A stretch of 48,953 bases of DNA from a virus (lineage: Duplodnaviria > Caudoviricetes). Where the stretch lies: positions 1 to 48,953 of the IMG/VR virus record IMGVR_UViG_3300012665_001700; one strand, 5' to 3'. Below the pieces are notes generated by a model. The model saw only the letters and a list, made by a program, of their open reading frames with translations, was not told where the DNA came from and made no database searches. Below are positions 38,115 through 46,382 of the stretch, in pieces. The position numbers and the translations under genes were made by a program. Each line of letters begins with the position of its first letter. Within the stretch, counting starts at the first letter, position 1.

Positions 38115-39001
38115 AAGGTATAATTAGTATATTTGCACTCCCACAAGAGATTGAGGATTTGGCAGGAACTTTAGAAAAATTAAAACGTAATTCGGTATAT
38201 GTTACAGATAAATTCCAATATAAAGTGGAAGTAACTATGTGTCTTTCAGATGAATTAACCGATTGGAAAGAAATGCAATTGCCAAAAAGTTATTTTGAAG
38301 ATAGAGCAAATGAATTATGTGCTAAATATTTGGATTGGTGTTCGTATGAATGCGTGATTGAAGAAACTACAAAAATATTAGGGTGCGTATCTCAAAGAAG
38401 AGAATCATTAAAGAATAATCAGGACGCAGATTTCTTTATATGGTTAGATTGTGATATTGTATTTAAAGATACTACATTGTATTACGCATCATCCGCATAT
38501 GAAATGACCAAAGCAGCTGGTTTATATAATGTAGTAGTAACTCCTCAATTTGTTAAACAATGGGATAGCACTTGGGATATTATAGCAAATAAAAAATACA
38601 TAAATTATCCAATTAATTATCATTTAAATTGTAACATATATAAAGAAGGATTGCCTGAATTATCCGAATTAAACGTTACTCAAGTTAATGGATTTAAATT
38701 TGCAGGTGGATGGTTTACGTTGATATCAAAAGATTTGTTGAATAGAGTGGGTGTACCTGAATCATTTGGACATTATGGATTAGAAGATACATTTATTATG
38801 GCTTGCAGTTATATGATGCATCAGAAAGGTGAGCAAGTTTCTCAATTTGTATTAGAAAATTTAATAGTTGGCGAAAATCACTTAAATAGAGCAAATGAAT
38901 CTATTAAAAAATACATAAAATCAATAGACAAAAAGGAAGAATTTAAAAAAGTTGCACATTCTAATTGGGAAAATGAAATAAATTTATTTAATAAAAAATA
39001 A
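38111..39001 (+). CDS. putative GT-A glycosyltransferase
   Basis: FIWLDCDI, GGWFTLISK, FGHYGLED. Confidence 0.68.
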   Translation: MKGIISIFALPQEIEDLAGTLEKLKRNSVYVTDKFQYKVEVTMCLSDELTDWKEMQLPKSYFEDRANELCAKYLDWCSYECVIEETTKILGCVSQRRESLKNNQDADFFIWLDCDIVFKDTTLYYASSAYEMTKAAGLYNVVVTPQFVKQWDSTWDIIANKKYINYPINYHLNCNIYKEGLPELSELNVTQVNGFKFAGGWFTLISKDLLNRVGVPESFGHYGLEDTFIMACSYMMHQKGEQVSQFVLENLIVGENHLNRANESIKKYIKSIDKKEEFKKVAHSNWENEINLFNKK

Positions 39002-39032
39002 TTAAATATTTATATTAGTAATATAAAATACT

Positions 39033-39419
39033 ATGAAATTTAAAGTGACCAACGAAAAGGCCTGGAAGTCTGTTAATGAAAAGAATATTCCAATGTCCCA
39101 TAAGATAAAAATATATGAAAAACTAGGTGGGGCATATCGACTTGGTAACGATGGGGGTGAACAGGTATTCAATAAGATGACAGAGTTGTTGAAACACAAA
39201 ATGCAGGAGGAAACTACAGCTGGAGATCATGAAGTATCTATGTCACTTGGCCAATTGGATGATGTTATAAAAAATGCAAATGAACTTAAAGCCAAAATAG
39301 GTACAAACGAAAAGAATTTACCTGGGTGGATTCAAGATCATATTTCACAAGCACAAAACTTTATAGATCAGGCAAACACAGGCTATCACGAATTGAAAGG
39401 AGGTGAATCAGATGGATAA
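39033..39419 (+). CDS. hypothetical protein (possibly virion-associated)
   Basis: 128-aa ORF with DHEVSM...NLPGWIQ; preceded by ATATTTATA at 39006-39014. Confidence 0.7.
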   Translation: MKFKVTNEKAWKSVNEKNIPMSHKIKIYEKLGGAYRLGNDGGEQVFNKMTELLKHKMQEETTAGDHEVSMSLGQLDDVIKNANELKAKIGTNEKNLPGWIQDHISQAQNFIDQANTGYHELKGGESDG

Positions 39420-39720
39420 TTTATACACAGTCATAATAACGGCGATAGTAACATTGGGTGGAACGAGTGCATTTAACTATTATGAAAAACGATCGGTAAG
39501 AAAGGATAAAGAAGATGATTTTATGAGAATAGATTGTCGTGATCGTATTGCAAAATTAGAAGCTCTTTTAATTCAAAGTTCTAAAGAAAAAGATGAAATG
39601 AGAGCATTGATTTTACAATTAACCGCACAAGTTGCGGAATTGAGAGTTAAAGTTGAATTTTTAAGTGAAGAGAATGATAAGTTGGCAAAAGAACAAAAAA
39701 AGAAAATATTGAATGGTTAA
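39412..39720 (+). CDS. single-TM coiled-coil protein
   Basis: Hydrophobic N-terminus LYTVIITAIVTLGG, then a heptad-rich tail. Confidence 0.7.
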   Translation: MDNLYTVIITAIVTLGGTSAFNYYEKRSVRKDKEDDFMRIDCRDRIAKLEALLIQSSKEKDEMRALILQLTAQVAELRVKVEFLSEENDKLAKEQKKKILNG

Positions 39721-40564
39721 TCCAAAATCTATATTGAAAGAGTTTTTTCAAACATCGGTTGGTATGTGGAATGGTATGAAGATTGAGTTGGGAAAGGTGT
39801 ATGGAAATCCATTCGTAAATTCATTTGAATCGGTAAATGAGGCAGATATGCCACCCGGTAAAAAATTAAGAGTATTTGATTTTGATGATACATTGGTAAA
39901 AACAAATTCACACATTTACATTACGCATAAAGATGGTAAAAAATCCACATTGACTCCTGGTGAATATGCTGTGTATGAACCAAAAGAAACTGATCTTTTT
40001 GACTTTTCTGATTTTCAAAAAGTATCTCAACCACAAGAAATTAAAGGAATTACAAATTTATTAAAAAAAATAGTTAGTTCGGAGGGAGAACGTAAAATAG
40101 TTATTCTTACTGCAAGAAGTGCATATAAACCGGTTAAAGATTATTTGAAAGACATTGGATTATCTGGAATATATGTTGTTGCGTTGGGTGATGGTAATCC
40201 ACAAAAGAAAGCAGATTGGATTGAAGATAAAATAAAAAAAGGATATAATGATGTATTCTTTATAGATGATTCTCATAAAAATGTATCAGCAGTTGGGAAA
40301 CTTAAACAAAAATATCCAAACATCAAAATGAGGGTTCAGCAAGCTAAACATGAGATTCCTGCACCTCCAAAACAAATTGATTCAAAATCAAATCAAAATA
40401 AAAAGAATGATATTACAAAATTATCATCTTTGATTCCAAAAAAAGATTTAGATAAAACGATAAAAAATCCTGAAACAGGAAGAATGATAAAAGTAAAGTC
40501 TGCATTGAACTATGATGAAAAATCAAAAGCATATCAATCGGCGGTTAGGTTATTAAAAAAATAA
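39713..40564 (+). CDS. HAD-superfamily phosphatase-like protein with a C-terminal KNPETG module
   Basis: VFDFDDTL, ILTARS, K, FIDDS..N; tail KNPETGRMIKVKSAL. Confidence 0.78.
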   Translation: MVNPKSILKEFFQTSVGMWNGMKIELGKVYGNPFVNSFESVNEADMPPGKKLRVFDFDDTLVKTNSHIYITHKDGKKSTLTPGEYAVYEPKETDLFDFSDFQKVSQPQEIKGITNLLKKIVSSEGERKIVILTARSAYKPVKDYLKDIGLSGIYVVALGDGNPQKKADWIEDKIKKGYNDVFFIDDSHKNVSAVGKLKQKYPNIKMRVQQAKHEIPAPPKQIDSKSNQNKKNDITKLSSLIPKKDLDKTIKNPETGRMIKVKSALNYDEKSKAYQSAVRLLKK

Positions 40565-40567
40565 AAT

Positions 40568-40960
40568 ATGGTTTATCTGTTACATGGGCAGCCTGGATGT
40601 GGAAAAACATCTATTGCAAAAAAATTACAAATTTGGTTACAAACCGATAAAAAAAATTGGAGAAAATCCGTATTTCATATTGAAGAAGGACAAACCGAAA
40701 ATCCATTTGAAGTTGCAAGATATTTAAATGAATGTGGAAATGATGTAGTTATGTCATTGGTTTGTCCAAAATTAGAAGATAGAGAGAAATATAAATATCA
40801 GTTTCCAATGCTAGATATATACTTACACACTACTAGTTCACGACTTTTAAATTACAATAGAATAGAAAATTACGAACCACCTGTAATGTTTTGTATGAAA
40901 ATAGATACCACAAGATCAACCGATGAAACCTTTGCAGGATTAATAAAAATTTTAATTTGA
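40568..40960 (+). CDS. small P-loop kinase (adenylylsulfate-kinase-like)
   Basis: LHGQPGCGKT, VVMSLVCP..EDR, YEPP..IDT. Confidence 0.65.
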   Translation: MVYLLHGQPGCGKTSIAKKLQIWLQTDKKNWRKSVFHIEEGQTENPFEVARYLNECGNDVVMSLVCPKLEDREKYKYQFPMLDIYLHTTSSRLLNYNRIENYEPPVMFCMKIDTTRSTDETFAGLIKILI

Positions 40961-40994
40961 TATAGTTATTAGTATTAAATTAAAGGTTATTAGT

Positions 40995-41564
40995 ATGGAA
41001 AACGAAGAATTTTTCCCAAATTTAGAAATAAAGGAAAAAATTACAAAACGGGGATTGGGAGCACGTCCTATAATGGAATCCCAAATTAAAGCAGCACAAG
41101 CAAAATCAAAATCTGCATTCGAAGCAGCAAGAACTTTAGGTGTATCTTATAACACATATAAGAAATATGCTAAACTTTATGGTATTTTAGAAGATTTAAA
41201 AAATCCATATGGTATTGGAATTGAGAAAGCAAAATCCATAAAAAATAAAAAATATCACATAGATGATTTGATTGCAGGTAAGCATTTAAAATATCCATTA
41301 CATAAATTTAAAAATAAGTTATTTGATAGTGGATATGTTCCAAAAGTTTGTTGCAGTTGTGGATTTGGTGAAGAAAGAATCACCGATGGAAAGATGCCAC
41401 TACTTATTGATTTTTTGGATGGAAACTTAAATAATCGTAAATTGGAAAATATCAGACCACTTTGTTACAATTGTTTTTTCCTATTAGTAGGAGAGAGAAA
41501 TGTTAAAAATTGGTATGAAGAAAATGGTGGAATACCAGAAGAACCTGATTTGGAAAATACATAA
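40995..41564 (+). CDS. HTH plus Zn-binding, degenerate HNH-fold protein
   Basis: AARTLGVSYNTY (HTH); CCSCG...IDFLDGN..N...NIRPLCYNC. Confidence 0.7.
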   Translation: MENEEFFPNLEIKEKITKRGLGARPIMESQIKAAQAKSKSAFEAARTLGVSYNTYKKYAKLYGILEDLKNPYGIGIEKAKSIKNKKYHIDDLIAGKHLKYPLHKFKNKLFDSGYVPKVCCSCGFGEERITDGKMPLLIDFLDGNLNNRKLENIRPLCYNCFFLLVGERNVKNWYEENGGIPEEPDLENT

Positions 41565-41580
41565 ACTTTTCTTATATTTA
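41549..41580 (+). promoter_or_regulatory. Bacteroidota-type promoter
   Basis: TTTG at 41549-41552, 20-nt spacer, TATATTTA at 41573-41580. Confidence 0.6.
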
Positions 41581-41587
41581 TATCGTT

Positions 41588-41785
41588 ATGGCAAAAAGCA
41601 CTAAAGAAAACTTAAGTAAAAATGAAAAACCTATAAAGTTCGAATACATATTCGAAGATGAAGAATCTAGAAGTATTTGGAAATATGATTTGAATAAACA
41701 ACCAAACGGCCCTATATCGGTTGAATATCATTGGAAATCGCATTTTCTAAAAGAGATAGAACTTCGAAAGAAACGCGGAAGATAA
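41588..41785 (+). CDS. hypothetical protein
   Basis: 65-aa ORF directly behind a promoter. Confidence 0.65.
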   Translation: MAKSTKENLSKNEKPIKFEYIFEDEESRSIWKYDLNKQPNGPISVEYHWKSHFLKEIELRKKRGR

Positions 41786-41817
41786 TTTGTTATTATAAAA
41801 TTTATTCCGTATATTTA
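41786..41817 (+). promoter_or_regulatory. Bacteroidota-type promoter
   Basis: TTTG at 41786-41789, 20-nt spacer, TATATTTA at 41810-41817. Confidence 0.62.
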
Positions 41818-41838
41818 CACAATAATAAAAAACAAAAA

Positions 41839-42021
41839 ATGGAAAACAAAAAAGAAGAATTGTTTCAACAAATGAAACAATTATGGGAACAATTTGAAGC
41901 AGAGCACTTTAAAGCAACAAAAGTGTCTCAAAAGAATGCAAGAACTATTATTGGTGACTTGAAAAAACTTGTCACAGATTATAGAGCCGCTTCAGTAGAA
42001 GAAACTAAAAATGGTAAGTAA
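41839..42021 (+). CDS. histone H1-like (Hc1-family) small helical protein
   Basis: ELF..MK..WEQF...K...NAR....DLKKL..DYR..SV resembles the short Bacteroidota Hc1-family proteins; start moved to ATG 41839. Confidence 0.62.
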   Translation: MENKKEELFQQMKQLWEQFEAEHFKATKVSQKNARTIIGDLKKLVTDYRAASVEETKNGK

Positions 42022-42028
42022 CAACAAC

Positions 42029-42057
42029 GGTGTAGTGTATCTACACCTTTATTTTTT
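42029..42057 (+). terminator. intrinsic terminator or attenuator-like hairpin
   Basis: GGTGTAG-tgtat-CTACACC (7-bp stem) followed by TTTATTTTTT. Confidence 0.65.
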
Positions 42058-42075
42058 AAACAAAAACAAAAACAA

Positions 42076-45000
42076 ATGAAGAAAGCGATTTTATCGTTAA
42101 TGGTTACAGTATTTGCATTTATGAGTTATGGTCAAATCACGACCTCAGCAATTTCGGGTATTGTAAAAAATCAAAAAAATGAACCGTTGGTTGGAGCAAC
42201 GATTCACGCGAAGCACACTCCAACAGGAACAGAGTATAAAACTACAACAAACAAACGTGGTGGTTACATATTACCGGCAGTAAGAGTTGGTGGACCATAT
42301 GTAATTCATACATCGTTTGTAGGATTTAAGAACGTAGAAGAAAGAGATGTAAACACTCAATTGGGATTAACATCAAATGTGGATTTCATTTTAATTGATG
42401 AAGCAACCGCACTTAAAGAAGTAGTTGTTACCGGCACTAAATCTACTCTATTTTCAAAAGAAAAAACAGGTGCGGCACAACAATTCGGAAGAAGGGAACT
42501 ATCCACCATTCCAATTACAGGAGCCAGAACTATTGATGGAATCACAAAATATAATCCATTTGGTAATGGTAGTTCATTTGGTGCACAAGATTCTCGTTTG
42601 AATAATTTCACAATTGATGGTTCTCAATTTAATAACAACTTCGGTTTAGGATCATCCGCATCGGCAGGTGGTAGAACGGGAGCATCAGCAATTTCATTGG
42701 ATGCTATTGACCAATTGCAAGTAAACGTTGCTCCCTTTGATATTCGTCAGAGTGGGTTTACCGGCGCAGGTATCAATGCAGTAACAAGAAGTGGTACAAA
42801 CGAAATTGAAGGTTCGGTATATCAAACACAAAGAGATAATGGATCTACATATGTGGGTGATAATGCTAGAGGAACGAAAGTAACTGCATCAAAGTTTGAT
42901 GAGAAGGTACAGGGTTTCCGTTTGGGAATGCCAATTATCAAAAACAAATTATTTATTTTTGGTAACTATGAGGGTATTGTAAAAACCGAACCTGGAACAA
43001 CTTGGATTTCAGCAGGTTCACCACTTACTGGTACACAAGTATCGCGTGTAAAGTATTCTGATATGCAAGCTCTTTCTAACTTTATGAAAGAGAAGTTTAA
43101 TTATGTAACAGGTCCTTGGGAGGGATATTCCAATCAAAATTCATCTAACAAATTTTTGATTAGAACCGATTGGAACATAAACGATAAGAATAAATTAACC
43201 GCTCGTTATGTTCATCATAATTCATCCGCTGAGATTAATGTTTCGAACTCACAATCGGCAGGTGCAGGTAATAGAACAACTCAATTCAACGCAATGAGTT
43301 TCCAAAATGGTGGTTACATTATTATGGATAATACTCGTTCTGCAGTATTGGAATTGAACTCTAAACTCACTAATACACTTCACAATAACTTAATCGTTTC
43401 TTACGATAAGCAAATTGAAGATAGAGCATATATGAGTAATGTGTTTCCAACAATTGATATCAGAGATGGTTCATCAACTTATACTTCGGTAGGATTTGAT
43501 CCATTTACTCCTGATAACAAATTAAACTATTGGACTTTCAATGTTACCAATAACTTAACAAAGTATTTTGAAAAACATACCTTAGTTGGTGGTTTCAATT
43601 TTCAACAATATCAATCTAATAACTTATTCTTCCCGGCATCTAATGGTGTTTACATCTTTAATAGTTTGGCAGATTTCTATACGGCAGCTAATCAATCTTT
43701 GGCAAATGGTGGTAAGCCTTCAACATTTGCACCGGCTAGATTCCAATTGAGATATTCAGCATTGCCTGATGGAATTGCACCAATGCAAACTTTGGAATCT
43801 TATAGAACTGATTTATATTTACAAGATGAATATAGTGTAACTAAAGATTTGAAATTAACAGCTGGTATTAGGGCAAACATTATTCAAATTGATAATACTG
43901 CTTTGGAAAACAAAGCCGTAACTGATATGACTTTTGCTAATGGTGAAAAGTGGAATACAGGTGTAATGCCAGAAACGCAATTATTATTTGAACCACGTTT
44001 TGGATTTAATTGGGATGTAAAGGGAAAGAAAACAACACAATTGCGTGGTGGTACTGGTATTTTTACAGGTAGACCTCCTTATGTGTTCTTATCAAATCAA
44101 ATTGGAAATACAGGTGTATTATCAGGATTTATTGATGTATCAGGTCCAGCAGCATCTCAATATGGTTTTACTGCAGACCCTAACAAATATTTTATCCCAT
44201 CAACTCCAACACTTCCATCTACATTCGATTTAGCATTGACAGACCCTAATTATAAATTTCCACAAGTTTGGAAAAACAATTTGGCAATTGACCAAAAGTT
44301 GCCATGGTTGGGATTAGTAGCAAGTGTTGAATTACTTTACAATAAAACACTTAATGCAGTTCATTACTACAACGCCAACTTGAAAGCACCGGTTGGTAAA
44401 TTGGGTGGTGTTGACCAAAGACCTCTTTATGGTGGTACGGATGCTACCGTTAGAGTAAATAATAACGTTTCAATGGCAGCAGTTCTTACAAATAGAAATG
44501 ATGCTTATAACAAATCGGCTACATTCAAATTGGAAAAGCCGGTATCTAAAGGAATTTGGGGATACGTTGCATACACTGCAGCTGATGCACAAGATTTTAT
44601 GGATGCAGGTTCAATTGCTAGTGGTAGTTGGCAATCGGCATTATCGGTTAACGGAAATAATGACCTATCGTTATCAACTTCTTCTTTCGTAGTTAAAAAT
44701 CGTATCGTAGGTTTGTTGGGTTATAAACTTGATTATGGTAAAAAATATGGTGGAGCAACTACATTTACATTAGGATATGTTGGTTCTCAAAACAACCCAT
44801 TCTCTTATATCGTAGCAGGTGACCTTAATGGTGATAGAGTAACTAATAACGATTTATTATTCGTTCCATTAAAAGGATCGGATGTTCGTTTCGCACCATT
44901 GACAGTAGGAACTGGAACAACTGCAGTAACTTATACAGAAGTTCAACAACAACAGGCATTTGATGCATTTATTGAACAAGATGAATATCTTTCAACTCGT

Positions 45001-45360
45001 AGAGGTCAATATGCAGAAAGAAACGCATTGGCACTTCCTTTCTTACATAGATTTGATGTATCGGTTGTACAAGATGTATTTATGAATATTAAAGGAAAAA
45101 GAAACGCATTCCAAATTCGTTTTGATATTCTTAACTTCGGTAATATGTTGAGTAATAAGTGGGGTGTATCACAAAGAGCAGGTGTACCACAATTGTTGAA
45201 CTTTGTAAGTAGAGATGCTAACAACGTTCCAACATATAGATTATCAACTCAAAGAGATGCAACAAATACTTTCTTAGCAAGAGATACATATCAATACAAT
45301 TCATCTGTATTTGATGTATGGACAGCTCAATTGGGTATTCGTTACACTTTTGGTAGATAA
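42076..45360 (+). CDS. TonB-dependent outer-membrane receptor (Oar-like, with an N-terminal carboxypeptidase-regulatory-like domain)
   Basis: Signal peptide ending SYG-Q, ISGIV..EPLVGATI, LKEVVVTG, plug motifs NNFTIDG...ISLDAI..GAGINAVTRSGTN, barrel motifs YLQDE and PRFGFNWD, C-terminal QLGIRYTF. Confidence 0.93.
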   Translation: MKKAILSLMVTVFAFMSYGQITTSAISGIVKNQKNEPLVGATIHAKHTPTGTEYKTTTNKRGGYILPAVRVGGPYVIHTSFVGFKNVEERDVNTQLGLTSNVDFILIDEATALKEVVVTGTKSTLFSKEKTGAAQQFGRRELSTIPITGARTIDGITKYNPFGNGSSFGAQDSRLNNFTIDGSQFNNNFGLGSSASAGGRTGASAISLDAIDQLQVNVAPFDIRQSGFTGAGINAVTRSGTNEIEGSVYQTQRDNGSTYVGDNARGTKVTASKFDEKVQGFRLGMPIIKNKLFIFGNYEGIVKTEPGTTWISAGSPLTGTQVSRVKYSDMQALSNFMKEKFNYVTGPWEGYSNQNSSNKFLIRTDWNINDKNKLTARYVHHNSSAEINVSNSQSAGAGNRTTQFNAMSFQNGGYIIMDNTRSAVLELNSKLTNTLHNNLIVSYDKQIEDRAYMSNVFPTIDIRDGSSTYTSVGFDPFTPDNKLNYWTFNVTNNLTKYFEKHTLVGGFNFQQYQSNNLFFPASNGVYIFNSLADFYTAANQSLANGGKPSTFAPARFQLRYSALPDGIAPMQTLESYRTDLYLQDEYSVTKDLKLTAGIRANIIQIDNTALENKAVTDMTFANGEKWNTGVMPETQLLFEPRFGFNWDVKGKKTTQLRGGTGIFTGRPPYVFLSNQIGNTGVLSGFIDVSGPAASQYGFTADPNKYFIPSTPTLPSTFDLALTDPNYKFPQVWKNNLAIDQKLPWLGLVASVELLYNKTLNAVHYYNANLKAPVGKLGGVDQRPLYGGTDATVRVNNNVSMAAVLTNRNDAYNKSATFKLEKPVSKGIWGYVAYTAADAQDFMDAGSIASGSWQSALSVNGNNDLSLSTSSFVVKNRIVGLLGYKLDYGKKYGGATTFTLGYVGSQNNPFSYIVAGDLNGDRVTNNDLLFVPLKGSDVRFAPLTVGTGTTAVTYTEVQQQQAFDAFIEQDEYLSTRRGQYAERNALALPFLHRFDVSVVQDVFMNIKGKRNAFQIRFDILNFGNMLSNKWGVSQRAGVPQLLNFVSRDANNVPTYRLSTQRDATNTFLARDTYQYNSSVFDVWTAQLGIRYTFGR

Positions 45361-45383
45361 TAACTACTAAATAATAAACACAG

Positions 45384-45417
45384 AATGGGGAGTAGAAATA
45401 TTCCCCATTTTTGTTTT
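45384..45417 (+). terminator. Rho-independent terminator
   Basis: AATGGGGAGTA-gaaa-TATTCCCCATT (one G-U pair) followed by TTTGTTTT. Confidence 0.85.
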
Positions 45418-45446
45418 GGTAAATTCAAAAAAATATAGTATATTTA
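45415..45446 (+). promoter_or_regulatory. Bacteroidota-type promoter overlapping the terminator U-tract
   Basis: TTTG at 45415-45418, 20-nt spacer, TATATTTA at 45439-45446. Confidence 0.62.
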
Positions 45447-45472
45447 CATTATAACAATAAAAAATAAAAACA

Positions 45473-45679
45473 ATGACAAAGTATTACGCAGTTACAGTTG
45501 CAATTGAAGTAGAAGATGCAAAAGGTAAAATTAAAAAACAAAAAGAAAATTATTTGGTAGATGCAATGTCCTGCACAGAGGCTGAGGCTAAATTGGTAAA
45601 GAAGTTTGTAAACGATGCAGTTAAGTTGGAATATGAAGTGGTAAAGGTTATTGAAACTAAAATCATTGAAGTAATTTAA
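45473..45679 (+). CDS. DUF4494-like protein (single domain)
   Basis: GKIKKQKENYLVDAMSCTEAEAK resembles the N-terminal half of Bacteroidota DUF4494. Confidence 0.75.
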   Translation: MTKYYAVTVAIEVEDAKGKIKKQKENYLVDAMSCTEAEAKLVKKFVNDAVKLEYEVVKVIETKIIEVI

Positions 45680-45681
45680 TT

Positions 45682-45930
45682 ATGGCAACAGAAATTAAGC
45701 AAGAAAAAGAATTGGTACTGAAAAGAGTTCCACCTGGAGATAGATGGGTATTTGCAACAACACCAAATGGACAAATATGGACATCCTTAACGGATGCATT
45801 GGAAGCTTGGTATCAAAATACAGGCAATACCCAATTTTATATGGATGCAAGAAAAGGAGCAGTATCGGTTGTTACAGAAGAAGAAGTAGAAGTTCCTCTA
45901 AAACGTTTTTCTTTATACGGAGAAGATTAA
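45682..45930 (+). CDS. hypothetical protein
   Basis: 82-aa ORF with RVPPGDRW..SLTDALE. Confidence 0.7.
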   Translation: MATEIKQEKELVLKRVPPGDRWVFATTPNGQIWTSLTDALEAWYQNTGNTQFYMDARKGAVSVVTEEEVEVPLKRFSLYGED

Positions 45931-45991
45931 TTTTTTGTATTTTATTATACTTATAGTAGAAAAATAACTATTTATTGGAAAAAGAATTATT

Positions 45992-46357
45992 ATGAAAAAA
46001 TTATTTGAATTTATTAAAGGTCTATTTGTAAAATTAGATGTTCTTGAAGAAAAAGTTGAAAAAATCGTTGACAATTCGGATTTACTTTCAGCTGAACAAA
46101 AAGCTAAAGTTAAAAAAGGATTAAGTGATTTTGACAAATTTGAAGAAAAAATTGAAGATGTTGTTGAAGAATCAGAAGTTGCGGCGGTATCAGTTGAAAA
46201 GGCAGTAAAATCTAAAAATTTAGCAGATGTAACTGCGGCAGTTGAATCTGCAAAGAAAGTTGTAACAAAAGCTAAAGAAGTTGGTGAAGATGTTAAAACA
46301 ATAACTAAAAAAGTTAAAGAAGTAAAAACATCTGTTCAATCTAAAAAAGTTAAATAA
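45992..46357 (+). CDS. hypothetical K/E/V-rich helical protein
   Basis: 121 aa with an amphipathic N-terminus MKKLFEFIKGLF. Confidence 0.7.
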   Translation: MKKLFEFIKGLFVKLDVLEEKVEKIVDNSDLLSAEQKAKVKKGLSDFDKFEEKIEDVVEESEVAAVSVEKAVKSKNLADVTAAVESAKKVVTKAKEVGEDVKTITKKVKEVKTSVQSKKVK

Positions 46358-46382
46358 AAGTAAAATCAACTTTGGTAAAAAA

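Noticed and set aside
21310-39001. Bacterial capsule or O-antigen locus, or a host chimera
   Set aside because: No wzx, wzy, wzz or ABC exporter is present; phage-type hypotheticals are interspersed, and the same promoter motif and gene packing continue through the region.
11316-41838. Longer ORF-track starts at 11316, 11632, 12588, 17178, 30973, 36043 and 41731
   Set aside because: They run into upstream genes or across promoter motifs; the downstream starts fit domain boundaries and leader patterns better.
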